Origin: Octopus vulgaris
Taxonomy: Eukaryota
NCBI GenBank assembly: GCA_951406725.2
Contig: OX597823.1
Location: 806,001 to 870,000, forward strand
Direction: 5' to 3'
DNA: 64,000 nt
Shown: piece after piece, positions 14,288-27,799 of the stretch
How positions within the stretch are numbered: position 1 is the stretch's first letter
Layout: each line of letters begins with the position of its first letter
Notes under the pieces: model-generated
What the model was told of the DNA's origin: nothing
What the model saw: the letters and a program-made list of their open reading frames with translations, nothing else
Database searches by the model: none
Position numbers and translations under genes: made by a program

Positions 14288-17185
14288 AGCTGAAAGTTAA
14301 AGTTGAAAATAATCACTGAGACATATGACTAACTGTTTACAAAACAATTAATTATTATGATAAATTATTATTAATTATGATAAATTATTATATAATTAAA
14401 TATAATTATCAATCCCATTTCTAATGCACTTCACTGTTTCTTGTCTCTCAAAAAAGTCTCCTTCCTGATTTAGACATTTCTCACAGAATCTTTTCTCGGG
14501 GTTGAACCCATCAAGAAAGTTGCAGATATTTGGATGACTGACACTGATTGGCTGATTCATGGTGCCAAGAAAGCATTAAGAGTTTGAGTGAGGAGAAGGG
14601 GGAGTCCTTGTCAGTCATTAGTCAGAAGCACATTGCAAGTAATTAATGGGAATAGGGTTTGCAGGGCATCACAGCCTTTGGCTGCTCTCTTTACAGGGTC
14701 TGAGAGGAATTGCTCTTAAAATAGAACACAATAGATTTGGCAACAAAGCAGCCACCTGCTGCCACAACTTGGTATGAGAATGACAACAGCAATAACAACT
14801 ACAATAGCAGCAACAAGCTAAGTCTACCTACAACCCCATTAACAGGTCACAATACAAAAGCAAAGAAGCTGCTCACTCTTAGACTGAAGCTGTTGTCATT
14901 TCAAACCTTTTCCTACAAGTTTTTCACACATTTGACCCAAGCAGCATAAAAAATTTGACCTTGGAAATGATTAGAACCCATTATGAACTGCTTTTTGAAA
15001 CTGGAATGAAATCCTTTTCAAGTATTGAGTTTATATTTGTTTATCATTTGTGTGTCGTGTATTGTCTGCAAGTAAGGTGAACAAGTTTGGCACATTAAAA
15101 CTGTTTGACTATGTAGAACTTATAACCAGGGAAAATATATTCAAATAGCAGCCTGTTTGTATGTTCCATGTTGTGACCTGTTCTTGTACTGTTTCATCTG
15201 TCAAAGAGATTCATCATTTGTCTGCCAATATTCCTGTTCTCTTCCATTCTTCCATCCCATTGTCATACTGTAAGAAGCTTTATATCACTGACAATATAAG
15301 GGAATTCACCTGGAATAGAAAACCCAATATTTGCAAAGGAAAGAAGATGAGGGGCTGGATGGAATCACCTTGGCTTCAGTATTTAAATATTCCTATTAAA
15401 AGGCCAATTAAAAATACTCATACCTTTGGACATACTCTCACACTTACACATATATGCATATCTACATGCATACACACACATTAATTTCATAGCTGAATAC
15501 GACCCTGTTGTCCATAAGCTCCAACAATGTAAATGCTGTCCATATTTTTGCAATCTGACAAGTTACAAAGAGAATCATTTCTTATTCTTCTTTTTTGTCC
15601 ATTAACCAAATTTCTGTCTTAGGATTATTTTGGTATTATGGATATCTTTCAATGTCCAGTTAATCTCTTCAGCATCTTCAGACAACATTCAACTAATCAA
15701 TTCCTTCATATTGTATCAACCTAACCAACAGGCTGAGGTCTTTATTATCAACAGGTGCTATGACTGATGGTTATCTTAATGTTAACATAATTAATGTTGT
15801 GAGTATCAAAACTCTAATTGGAAATAACAATGAAATAAGGACAAAACAATAATTAACTCAGTGACTATTTTTATAATTGTGGCAAGAGAAACAACTTGGG
15901 GCATGTTTCAGTTTTACTCGACCTCTTCAGCAAAGCATACACTCCATTGTCTTCTTAGAAATAGGGATTTATCTTTTAAAGAATACGTTAGATATTTATG
16001 TCTAAACACAAACAATATTATATAATGAGTTAATAGAGTCTCACATCATTATTTTGGTAAATATAAAGAAATTTGTGTTAATTCAGCAGTAACCATATCT
16101 AGAGTTATTTCTCATATTATTTGAAATGATTCAAGCAATATGAAAGATTGAGTTAATATTGTCTTTTTCTCACAAAATAATCATTTCTAATTGTATTTTT
16201 AATGTTGACTCAATTAATTATTTTAACACTAGCTTCACTCTTGTTTTTCATTCAAACAGTATCTCTGGTTAATTAATCTTAGAGATGTCATTAACGAAAT
16301 ATGATTGTAAACATCGTAGACATTTGTGTTATCAACGTCTGCAGACAAACTGCAACTAATAAGCCAACAACACACTCTCTCTCTCTCTCTCTCTCTCATT
16401 AATATTCACTGTTTGCGTTGATTCACTCCACATCTACTAAGTATACGTCTCTAGTTAAGATCTACAGATTGGTTTATTTGGTCAAACTCCAGTCCATTGA
16501 TAGACAGTGATCAATGGAGTCAATAACTTCAGATTTTGATCTTTCGACCGACCAATAACCGAAGACTTTGTCTCTTCAGCCAATATTTATTGATATTATG
16601 CATTGTATTTATGGAAGTACCATTTACAAACAGCCTGAATCTGACAGAGACAAAGAAATAAAATGTTTTTTAGGGCATGAAAACCCAGAGTGAAATATTA
16701 TTTGATGTCAATAGAAATATGTTTATTAAGAAGTAACCCAATATTTGAGAGTCATCCAACCAAGTTTTTAGCTCAAGGTTACAACTGGGAAGTTTTTAAG
16801 CAGGTTTTACTTTCTCAGAGCTGGGATTACATGCAAACACAAACAATGCGAAAAATGTTCACACACACACACACATACACAGCACCCTATTTATGTTTTA
16901 TTTAATCACTTGGTCAAAGGATGAAGGGCAATGTCCTTGACCCTTTTTCAGGGCCTCAAACACAGCTGGCTGGGAGGGAGGAGGTCATTCTCAAACCAGA
17001 AATCTGGTTCAAATACTTTCCACATAACAGACTCCAGTAAATGCAGCCATATTCCAGGTGGGGGTTTTAAAGGGGTGGGGGGCGAGTGGGGGTGAATTAA
17101 GTTTAACACACACAAACACACACACTACTGTCAGTGCAACCATGTACATACATTGACTCTAACATGTCGTCAGCACTAACTGGTA

Positions 17186-17220
<35 letters not shown>

Positions 17221-17831
17221 TATATAATACTTCACACAAATAAGATAATAGTATTTCTATGTTAGTGTAAAGTGAAATGTTGTCTGTGTAAAGGGACAGC
17301 TGGTATTTGATGGAAAGACAAAAAGGGTTCTCTTTTTACACAAACACCAAACACACAAAGAGATTGCTCTCCCCACCCCTCAGTGCACAGATACGCAAGT
17401 AAACACATATGCATTCATATACATACTCACAAACACACACACACACACACACACAGGTATTCTATCCCTACACACATTTAAGACTAAAGAACCCTTAGTG
17501 TCTTTCCAAAGATTTTGTCCCTTTTTAGCTTAAATGTTACAGTTGGATGGCATATTGAGAACCCTGTGCCACTTCTAATGTCACAGCTCTGTGACACATT
17601 TGGAAGCTTGTGTCACCTCTCATATCACATCTGTGTGACATACTAAAAACTTTGCGTCACCTCTTATGTCATGTGACTGTGACTTAAGAGGAGATGCAGA
17701 CACACACATCATGGAAAGATGTGAGAAGACACCGAAAGACATTTAATCCTTAATTTGTACAATTCCACTTGATATAAAAAGGATATTTTAGGATTTTGTG
17801 GAAAATAAACCCATCATTTATCTATCTGCAT

Positions 17832-18088
17832 CAGTGGTCCTCAACTGGGGTCCTCATGACCCTTGCGGTTCATTTAAGATTTTGTTGTTAAGGGTGAAAT
17901 AATTTGGTTATATTTCTGCAATAAACAAAATATTTTAACATTTTTGAATCCAATTCCCAATAAAATTTAATTATAAAAAGAAACAAAATAATAGGCTTTT
18001 TTAAAACATGGAATGGTCAAAGAGGTCCAGTAGGATAAAATGGGAATCGAAGAGGGTCATAATTTTGAAAAATAGTTGAGAATTACAT
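17832..18088. mobile_element. hAT/Charlie-like (MER5-type) MITE relic
   Basis: Ends CAGTGGTCCTCAAC ... GTTGAGAATTACATG resemble CAGTGGTTCTCAA-type TIRs. Confidence 0.55.
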
Positions 18089-18238
18089 GTATTGTTTGGA
18101 ATATTGTATATACCCAACATATATATAGACTTTGCATGTCATATTCCATAAACTTAACTTATATATATATATATATATATAATAAGAAATATTGAGTTTC
18201 TAAATCTCTTGTAGAGAGGTGTACGGTGGTGGAGCGAT

Positions 18239-18643
18239 ATTGAAATTACTGTGGGGCAGTGGAGGGAAAACAGTCTTGGCAGTTGGCAAGTCAGAACTGG
18301 TTTTGGTTGAAAAACCTTTAAATTACTCTGTATTACTGAAATACTGCCAAAAACTTGAAAAAGTTTTGCTAGATATTAATTCCAATGCAGGAATTGATAA
18401 GAAGACCAATCTTTTAAGATGGTCACCATGGCTATTTATATTGTAGGGTATATATGACATGAGATCCTACTGACAGCTTTTGTATATACATATTTTATCC
18501 CAATCTTTTAAGTGTCCTTATATATAAGGACACAGGATAAAATGTGTCGAAGCTGTCAGGAGGCGATTCGATGCCTCCTAGGGCTATATAATGGTGGTGT
18601 ACCCCCTACTGTCACGTTCTTGTTAGATTGACAGTATACAACC

Positions 18644-18683
<40 letters not shown>

Positions 18684-18956
18684 CAATAGTGATATATATA
18701 TATATATATATATACAGTAGTGATCTCATGTCATATATACCCTACTAATATATAAAATAGCCATGGTGCACCATCTTAAAAAAGATTGGTCTTCTTATCA
18801 ATTCCTGCATTGGAATTAATATCTAGCAGAACTTTTTCAAGTTTTTGGCAGTATTTCAGTAATACAGAGTAATTTAAAGGTTTTTCAACCAAAACCAGTT
18901 CTGACTTGCCAACTGCCAAGACTGTTTTCCCTCCACTGCCCCACAGTAATTTCAAT
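18239..18956. repeat. Long inverted repeat (~235-bp arms) with a nested inner hairpin
   Basis: 18239-18472 is the reverse complement of 18715-18956 (duplicate ORFs 18219+ and 18776-). Inner palindrome gtgtccttatatataaggacac. Confidence 0.92.
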
Positions 18957-19464
18957 CCTCCCATGTTTTAACTTTGTCCTCTCACACATATTTGTGTATG
19001 CACATAGATATACATATACAAAAGACCCCTTCGGTCATGAATAAGCATAGGATTGCACTTAGAAAGTTCCCCTCCAAGGCACTTCAATTATGATTGATTG
19101 ACAATGGAACATGCAGCATGAGTGGTGTTCTGTGGCATCGGATATAAGGCAGCACAGATTAGAAGGCATTCTGTTTTAAAAATGATAATGAAATTATTGT
19201 GTGTTGTGCTCAGGTGCACTACAATTCATCAAAGGTGTATGTACAGTCCATAGATTTATGTACAAAAGTCATGAAAGTGAACAGTGTATGAGCCATGATG
19301 TACATGTATGCGTGCATATGGAGGCTGGGGGGATATCAGGTGTAGTGTTGACGAATTTCAGGAAGCTTGGAGGTTTTAAAGGATGCAATGTTTCAGCAGC
19401 CAACAACTGATGCAGGTCGTATGTTCCGTGCAACTCGGAAGGTGAAAAAATGATTCCAAAAGTC

Positions 19465-20050
19465 ATGGGAGCTGTTTTCTGACTTTGTGGGTATGGCCAC
19501 GTGTGTTAGACACATGGAGCTCAAGGTGGTTGTTGGCACGGTGGTAAATAATTTTGTGGATGTTTAACAAGTCAGTTGCCAGACGTCGGAGCTTCAATGT
19601 ATCTATACCCAGGAAAGCAAGGCATTCGGGGTACGGTTGATGCCTGATGGAGGATATTCGCTTGGTTGCATGTCTCTGAATAGCTTCCAAGAAGTCAATG
19701 TCCCGAGCAAGATAGAGAAGCAGGTACATAACACTATCAAGACCAAGGTGGCATAGTTGCATTTATTCTTAAGGTGACGTCGCAGTATTGCAGGTGTAAA
19801 TTCCAAAGCTGTTATAGAATTTGGTGTCAGAGGTGGTGGAGATGGTACGTTTTAGTTTTCAACAGTAAAAATGCCATTCATAGCATCCAGCAATGAGTTC
19901 TACGCATCTTTTGGGATTGTCAGGGATTTGCCTTGTGTGGGGATTGTGAAAAGGACCAACTGGAGAGTGAGGTCTCTGCTTTGAACGTACGTATTTCCAG
20001 AACAACTTACTGTCAGGGTTGGTTGCTATGCGCTGCTCAGATTCAAGAAT
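19465..20050 (-). mobile_element. CR1/L2-group LINE ORF2 fragments (internally deleted)
   Basis: LEAIQRHATKRI, LGIDTLKLRRLATDL, TRGH and upstream KLFWKYV motifs. Confidence 0.75.
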
Positions 20051-20386
20051 AAGAAAAAGATTTAGATTGGAAATTTAGAGGAAAAATTATTTTGATTAAA
20101 TATAATCAATTAAGAACAAATAAGCATTTGTTGCTTTCTTGAAATGTGACAAGATTTTCTTTTCAATGGAAAACCAACAAGTTTGGCTGTAAGGGCTGTT
20201 AGGAGAAGCTATTAATGCAATTTGCTTTGAATCTCTTTGAATCTTAGAAAGTAAAGTCAAAATACAGTGAAAAAAATTAATTATAAGTAGGAATGTTCTA
20301 AGCAAGGGATTTGGAACCAGTCATTGAAATCCAATGTTTATTAACATTGTAATATTATTACTATTTCCTCCAGCAGCAGCGGCAGC

Positions 20387-20421
<35 letters not shown>

Positions 20422-21435
20422 TTACATTGATTTGGTGGTTCATCTGCTTTCCCATCCCTTTTAACTTCAGCTGATGCTAATGATATGATCGCACTTTACC
20501 ACTTCAGTAATAAAAACACAATGATTTAGTCTTCTGTTTGGAAGTATAAACATTAAATGTGGGAGTGATGTTACTGCTACATGTGCAAACATGGCAGATC
20601 TCACTTGTGACCAGCCCCAGCCCCTGGGGCACAAATATGCTGTCTCCTCTCTGTCTTTTCTGCTGATCTCTGCACCGTGGAACTTATTTGATTTTGTATT
20701 AATTCCACCCAGGCCCACCTCATTCACTTCTCTCACTTCCTTTCATCCAACAAATTCAAGTCTTGTTGCTCGAAGCCTCACATTAATCACTACAACCAGT
20801 CCTTCTTCCCCAGAATTTCAATCTTCTAGAATCCCTCCTCCCACCCACTCTCCATGTTTTGTCCAGCAGCAACTATTCAAGAGGTACAGTTTCTTGTGAA
20901 TTGAAAATTTGTCTTCAAATCAAATCTTTATTTCATGTTTGTCATCTCTAAATATTGGTTGGAAATCAAACTTCTTAACACACAGCTAGAGAGAGAAGGA
21001 GGGAGAAAGAGAGGGAGAGATAGAGGGAGAGAGGGTGGGAGGGAGAGATAAGATAGAGAGAGAGAGATGCATTCATATGATGTAGGATGGAATATGACTG
21101 GATTGTTAAGAAGCTTGTTTTACAATAACAAGGTCCTGTGTTCTAATCCCTGGAGTTAAATTTTTAAAAAATATCATTTTCTAAAGCCTCGAGGCAATCC
21201 ATTTATTGTGAGAGGTAAATTGGCTCAAAGAAAACTGTATGGAAGCCTATCAAAGGTCCAACCTTGTGAAAGTGTGCCTGGCTGATTTCGCCTGAAAATT
21301 ACATGGTAGGGGGGACCGGGTCTAGTTGTTACATATTTTCATTTGGTTTTTTCTTTGCCTAGGCGCCCACATAAATGAACACATCTGAAGTTTCTTTTTA
21401 GATTTAATTAGTAAAACATCTTTATTTATTGTTAT

Positions 21436-21864
21436 GCGAGATACGTGCTCACATGTCAGACGATCGATTACCAAAAAGATTGCTCTTTGGCGAGCTGCAA
21501 AAGGGAAAGCGCTCACACGGCGGCCAGAAGAAGCGCTTTAAGGACACACTGAAAGCCTCACTGAAAGCCTTCAACATAGACCCTGACACTTGGGAGCAGA
21601 GAAGGGTGGCGATCAGCTGTCCTCAAGGGTGCCAACACATGCGAGACCAATAGGATTACTGCTGCAGAAGACCGCAGACAAGCCAGGAAGAACAGAGCTA
21701 ACAACCCTGTAGCAGGCGCTACTATTCCCTATCCACACTGTCAAAGACCCTTTCAGGCGCAGATTGGCCTCACTAGCCATCTGCGGACTCACAAAACAAG
21801 TTCACTCCCACCCCAGGATGACTAGATGGTCTTTGTCGCATCGATGGACAAACTACCAACTACC
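21436..21864 (+). mobile_element. 5'-truncated RTE (BovB-like) insertion nested in the pogo element, 12-bp TSD
   Basis: RLPKRLLFGEL-x-RSHGGQKKRFKD and a C-terminal PHCQRPF...SHLRTH. Tail (aactacc)x2. TSD atttattgttat at 21424-21435 and 21865-21876. Confidence 0.9.
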
Positions 21865-21965
21865 ATTTATTGTTATCACCAGCAAAAAACAGAAATTACA
21901 TAACATTAATTAGACAGCTTCTAATGATGAGGTGGTATCAGCTGTAACAATTTCCCCGAGTGCCG

Positions 21966-22110
21966 GGTACATTGTGGCACTTACTGGGGTACATTGTGGC
22001 ACTTACTGGGGTACATTGTGGCACTTACTGGGGTACATTGTGGCACTTACTGGGGTACATTGTGGCACTTACTGGGGTACATTGTGGCACTTACTGGGGT
22101 ACTTTGTTAC
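21966..22110. repeat. 22-bp minisatellite (ggggtacattgtggcacttact) ~6 copies inside the pogo element
   Basis: Seen directly. Confidence 0.95.
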
Positions 22111-24639
22111 AACTGTTGATAACTTGGAATTATGTTAACAACAAAGTTTAAAACTAATATGTTTCCTGCTTCTTGATTCCAGGAAGTATCATTTTAATTA
22201 ATTAACTGTGCTTTGAACCACCTCATATCCTCACTGTGATACTGAGAATTCCCGTCAGCCAATTTCCCCATTGTTACATTTAGCATCTGGTCGGAATCGT
22301 CCTCCATTAACTTCTCACCACACAGATCACACAGAAAGTCCTGTCCTCCATCGGTACAGTCAGTGTGTGCCCAGTCTTTACAGATCATGCATTGCACCCA
22401 TTCCTCACCTGGAAGGGAGTTGGAATACCAATCTGAGCAGACACAGCATTTCCAATTGGCGACTTGCTTGCTGCGAGACAGCTTCCCTTTGCCTTTACCT
22501 GTTTTAGTTGACTTTCTCTTCCCTTTTGTTGCCTTTTCTGTACCAGTTGCCTTCTTTGGTTTAGATTTCCGTTCGTTTATTTCCTCCACAATGCGCTGTT
22601 TTACGGGGGTTAGGGTTAGAATGGCTGTTTGGCACCTCTTGCGACTTCCATGATCTCGACCTGTCTTCCTGTGGAGAAGGCTTCTTTAATGGGTGCAAAA
22701 TCTCTGGGCTTGTAACAACACCAACATGAAAACTTGGGCCTGGTGTAGGTTGATCTGTCGGACCGTCTTGCTGTTCATTGACCTGGTCGCCTGGTTGAAC
22801 GTCTGACTGGTTGTCTGGCTGCATGTCAGACTGATCTTCAGCTTGTTTTGGAGCAAGGCGGTCCGTGACATAAATTGGAAAGAATTTGTCATAACCGAAG
22901 AGATCCCTGTTAAAGGGCCAGATGCCACTGATTTGAAATCCTTTCTGGATGTTGACTGGTGTGCACACATGTGGAAGGGCTTACTTCAAGATCGCAGGGA
23001 TGTCGTAAATGGCTATCGTTTTACCTGGGTGCGATTTCATCCATCCATCACACGCCCTATTCATATACTTCTTAAGAGGACCATAGACACTCCGATCGAG
23101 TGGCTGTAGCTAATGTGAGCAGTGTGGAGGAATGATAGCAGAACAATAACATTGTCTTGGCAGAAATCAATGATAGCCAACGAGATAGGGGAGTTGTGGC
23201 TGTCAAGTAACATGAGGACTATTCTTTGCTGCAAAGGTATGCTTCTCGAAGTGTTCCAGAAATTTAAGAAAATCTGCCTCCTTCATCCATCCACTTGGAT
23301 TTGCTGATCCACAGCAACTTGTTGGCCCATTTGCAATGAAGTATTCACGGAAGTGGACTCTCGAGAACACTAGCGTTGGTGGTGTTGCATAACCGCTGGC
23401 ATTTACTGCAAGGCAGACTGTCACCAGGTTCCCCCTCTCAGCGGAAGTCACCGCTCCTACTTGTTTCACTCCTTTCTCTGCCACAATTCTCATCACAGTT
23501 GTAGATGACATGGCCCTCAAACTTGTAGCGGTCAAGCACCACTGTCAGATTATCGTTAGTCCACGTTAGTTCAATTAAAACTTGTGGCTTATGGGGTTCG
23601 GACGGAGAAGTTGGAATTCCGCTTCATAAACTTTGAGAACCAGTCAACTCCAGCGAATTCATTGGCAGACCAGGGATCTGGACACTTGATTTCGTTGGCC
23701 TTCGCATAGTTAAAAGCAAGGCTTCAAATGTCAGAAGGGATCAGACCATGGTAATTTTTAGTAGCTTTAAGGATGTAGATCAAAAGCAAGTCTTCTTGCT
23801 CCTTGGTAAAAACTGTACGCGGAGATGCATATCCAATACTGGCTATTTTCGCCTCTGTCCCTATTTTCTTGCAGTATCTCTGAAGCGTCATGAAATTCAC
23901 CTGAAAACATAAAGAAGCTGGAGGTTTATTTTTTGGTACAGCTGACGTTCTGTTAATGTCTTAAAAGGTTAGTGTAAGGGATACCAGTAACTTCATATCT
24001 AATGAGTCTGAAACCTACCTAGAAATCTTTGGCAACATCCCGTAATGATTTCTTTTCATCCACAACTTTTCTGGCACCCTTGTTGTCTTCCTTTTGTAAT
24101 TTCTAGGTATGGTGTGTTAAACTGAAATAGAAGGGGTAAGTTGATACACTGTAACTATTAGCCCCGACCATGGATTTCTGGGGATTATCTCGTACACAGT
24201 ACTAGCAATGCATGGCATCCAGGATTCACCTTAATGTATCGAAGGCAACTTCCAACACTTCCTAATGAGCCACAGACTACTTCAAGTAACACCACTTGTG
24301 CTTTGGAGTAAAAAATATTTTTCTTTTGAGCCATAGCTTTCCTGGTGACAGCTCGCCAGTGCAATACACATGTGCAGGCATGATGCTATGGAGTTGGACT
24401 TCACGAGGTAGAGACCCGAGTGCCAACTATTTCTTGAAGTTGGAAACAATCGGCTTGTAACAACTTACCCGTGTAACAACTAGACCCGATCTCCCCTGCA
24501 TGTGCCTTCGGGATATTCAACCACTTATTCATGAATTCACTGAGTTTGGTTGATTGAACGTTTGGAATTCGTGTTCAGAAATTCTGTTGGGGACCCACGC
24601 AATGTATCAAGAATATGGTGATCACTGCTACTGTTGCTT

Positions 24640-24810
24640 TCAAAATTTGGTACAAGGCCAGCAATTTCGGGGAACGGGCAAGTCGATTGCATATCGGCCC
24701 CAGTGTTCAACTGGTACTTATTTTACTGACCCCGAAAAAATGAAAGGCAAAGTCGACCTCGGCAGAAAGCATTTTGGTCGGCATGCTAACCATTTTGCCA
24801 GCTAAGCCGC
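24640..24810 (-). mobile_element. SINE copy (gtcgacctcggc family), internally deleted
   Basis: Homology to other copies in the window. Confidence 0.65.
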
Positions 24811-26091
24811 CGCCCTATATTTTAAGTAATATTAATTATAACCTATATTTTAACTAATATTAATTAGAATCTAGAAGTATAAATCAACTTTCAGATATTT
24901 TACAGGACATGGGAGATAACTCGCATCAAAATTTTGGTAATTTTTCTGTTATCTCCACGAAAAAATGATATTTTTGTCTTTTTTTAAGGGAAAGAAAATG
25001 GTTTATAAATACAAATGGTGGCAAGCTATCATTTTATGAATTCATTGAATATTTCATTATTTACTGATAAATAACTTATTTGATGAAAAGTAAAACAAAA
25101 ACAAAAATAGAATAATTTTATCAGAGTTATATCAAATCCTTTAAGCTATAAAGGAATATAAAAAAAAAACAACTATTTATGTAAATGAGTTTTCACTAAT
25201 TTATTATTATTTACGGTCAGTTAATTAGTTTGTGTCATAGAGTTTAAAATCTTATCAACCGATAAGAATGTTCTTGTTGCTACTTGACTGCAAAATCTAC
25301 AAGAATGGCCGCGTTCGATTTTCCCTGATTATTCCCTCAGGCCAGGATTGAAGATCTCTGAGTAACCCAAATACCATTGAAGAAGAGTCTACAGAAAACA
25401 TTCTCTGACTCCTGCCATTATCCTCTCATCTTGGCACTGACCAATTCCCTCAGCATTAAATGTGGTTTGGATACAACCAGTTTTCCATCACGGCAGACAG
25501 GGTTGGACTGTGCAGTGGCAAAAGACCGAACAGCTCCCCACCCACTCTCCCCATCCCTGGGCAGCAATCTTTAGTCTCGGATGTAAACTACAGTGAGAAT
25601 TTCTCCAGCAACAACTGGTATCGTATCCAAGCTTTTTTACTGGAACGGCTGAGGATCTGAACCGGAAAACTACTGGTTGCTCTGATAGGTTTCTTGTTGA
25701 ATTTACAGCATTAGAAATGTCCATCGTTCTGGGATGCTTACTTAGTTTGATCCGAGTAGCGAGGTTATATGGAAGCATAAGACTTGTGAGGTGTAGTAGC
25801 TCTTTTAGGGTACCTTCCTTGATATTCTTGGGTTAGGAGTTTGCTGGGGTTTTTTTTTGGCCAGGACCATAAACCTTTCCTTCCATTCACTGTGATATAA
25901 CAACCACAAAAAAAAAAAAAAATACTAGGATTTTAAAGCTATTGTTTTATTTATTTTTTTTTATTATGGTATCAATAACATAATGGAAGTAGAAGTTATG
26001 AGGGATTCTATATTGACTATTTCTTTACTGTTATTAGTTTTCTGTTCAGCATCTTTGGTTACCTCTGAGTTTGGATGTCTCTCAATATTTA

Positions 26092-27363
26092 CGAGGAGCG
26101 TTCAATAAGTAATGCCCCTAACCCACTTCCCATAGCAGTAGAGCAACGAAACTTGGCACAGTTATTAGTCTTTTTCTACATAGGAACCACCCAGAGTTAC
26201 GCATTTCTCCCATCGTTTGATGCGACTCTGGAGACCGTTTTTGTAGAAAAACCCAGCTTGGTCCTCCAACCTCAACGTGACTTCAGAAATCAAGGCTGCA
26301 TCATCTGGGAAACGCTTTCCTTCCAAAAACAACTTCATGGCTGGGAAGAGGTGAAAATCAGAGGGTGCAAGGTCAGGAAAGTAGGGGGGATGGGGAGGAG
26401 TTCATAGCCATACGCCTATGCTTCTGATCTGGCGACAAGCGAGTTGTGGACCGGAGTGTTGTCCTGCAAGAGGAGGATGCCTTTGCTGATCTTGCCCCGC
26501 CTCTTGATTTTGATAACTTCTCTTAATTTCCTCAAAAGTGAAGAATAATAGGCTCCTGCAATTGTGGTACCCTTTGCCAGGAAATCTGTCATCACTGCTC
26601 CGTCCTGGTCCCAGAAGACTGTGAGCATGACATTGCCAGCGGAGGGCTGCACCCTTGCCTTCTTTGGAGGGGGTGAGTCATGGTGCTTCCACTGCATTGA
26701 CTGGGATTTGGTCTCTGGATCATCGTGATGGACCCAGGTTTCATCCTGTGTAATCAGTCTTTTGAAAAATTTTGACTGATCTTCTTGGCACATCTCCAAA
26801 TTCACCCTCGAGCACTCAACGCGTTCTTGCTTCTGGAAAGGCGTGAGCAACCTGGGAATCCATCTGGCAGACACCTTTTGCATATGCAAATGGTCATGAA
26901 TGATAGTTTCCACAGACCCGGTACTAATCTTGACCTCATGGGCTATTTGGCAAATAATTATGCGTTGATCTTCCAAAATGGCAGCCTCAACTTGACGGAC
27001 AGATGCCTCATCAATGGCAGAAGGGGCAACCAGATCTGGGAGCTGTTTCCACAGAGTTCCAACCATGTTTGAATTCACGATGCCAGCGTTTTACAAGGTC
27101 ATATGATGGGGCATCATCACCATAAGTTACTTTCATTTCATCAAAAGTCTCCCGTGGTGTGTGTCCTTTCAAATACAAAAACCGGATCACTGCTCGACAC
27201 TCAACAGGCTCCATTTCACACTTGACTTGGTTCAAACACCTGTAAATCAGAAACCACAATTAATTCAGAGCTGTAATTTGCCACTTACTCTATAGAGATA
27301 TAAATGATTGCACATGCAACAACTACAAGAGGGTCAGAAGCATTACTTATTGAACGTCCCTCG
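26092..27363 (-). mobile_element. Second full-length copy of the irritans-like mariner
   Basis: Colinear with 9803-11093. TIRs with TA flanks. ITQDETW and LQDN motifs, with a stop and a frameshift. Confidence 0.95.
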
Positions 27364-27799
27364 TACATTCTTTATATCTTGACATGATGAAAAAAACTCT
27401 GTATTATCTTATGAGCTGTAAATATAATTAAATTTAAAGAAGGGGAGTGGAATAACAGATAATTTATTGCCAAATTGAAGTGTAAAAAGGCTGTCTTCAT
27501 AGCTCTGGAATATTTTGCAATAGGATTTACAAGGCAGTAATATAAAGAGTGACAAATGGAAAATGAAAAATGGTTTTCAACTACAAATAACATCACTTTC
27601 TTCCATTCATCCTTGAATTGGCAGCTCAGCTGTAACTGTCCCCTCTTTTCATCTGACATAATGGATTCAGTCTGTTTTACATTTTGATTAAATCTTTTTT
27701 TATTTCATTAAAGCTAGTAGATAGGTTCACCTATCCAACATGTATTGGGAAGGCTGTTCTATTGTACTTGAAACATCATTCTACTTGACATCTCGATAT

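Larger units (their letters stand above)
21309..24496 (-). mobile_element. pogo-superfamily (Fot1/Tigger-like) DNA transposon: HTH_psq + CENP-B HTH + DDE_1 + C-terminal PHD finger, degraded
   Basis: TIRs TA|GGGGGGACCGGGTCTAGTTGTTACA and TGTAACAACTAGACCCGATCTCCCC|TG. Fragments SAERGNLVTVCLAVNASG, LLDSH and KGFQISGIWPFN. C4HC3 PHD in ORF 22194..22589. Confidence 0.88.

Noticed and set aside
15000-15310. Minus-strand exon after a ttttctattccAG acceptor
   Set aside because: Stops in all frames and no clear donor; unsupported without transcript data.
21966-22110. CRISPR-like regular repeat
   Set aside because: The units are contiguous with no unique spacers, there are no cas genes, and the context is eukaryotic. 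It is a minisatellite.
22194-22589. Host PHD-finger chromatin gene
   Set aside because: It lies between TIRs, colinear with disrupted DDE_1 fragments, so it is the transposase C-terminus.
25280-25800. Possible RTE 5' UTR with an HDV-like ribozyme
   Set aside because: Only vague resemblance; I could not build the nested double pseudoknot or find an adjoining ORF.
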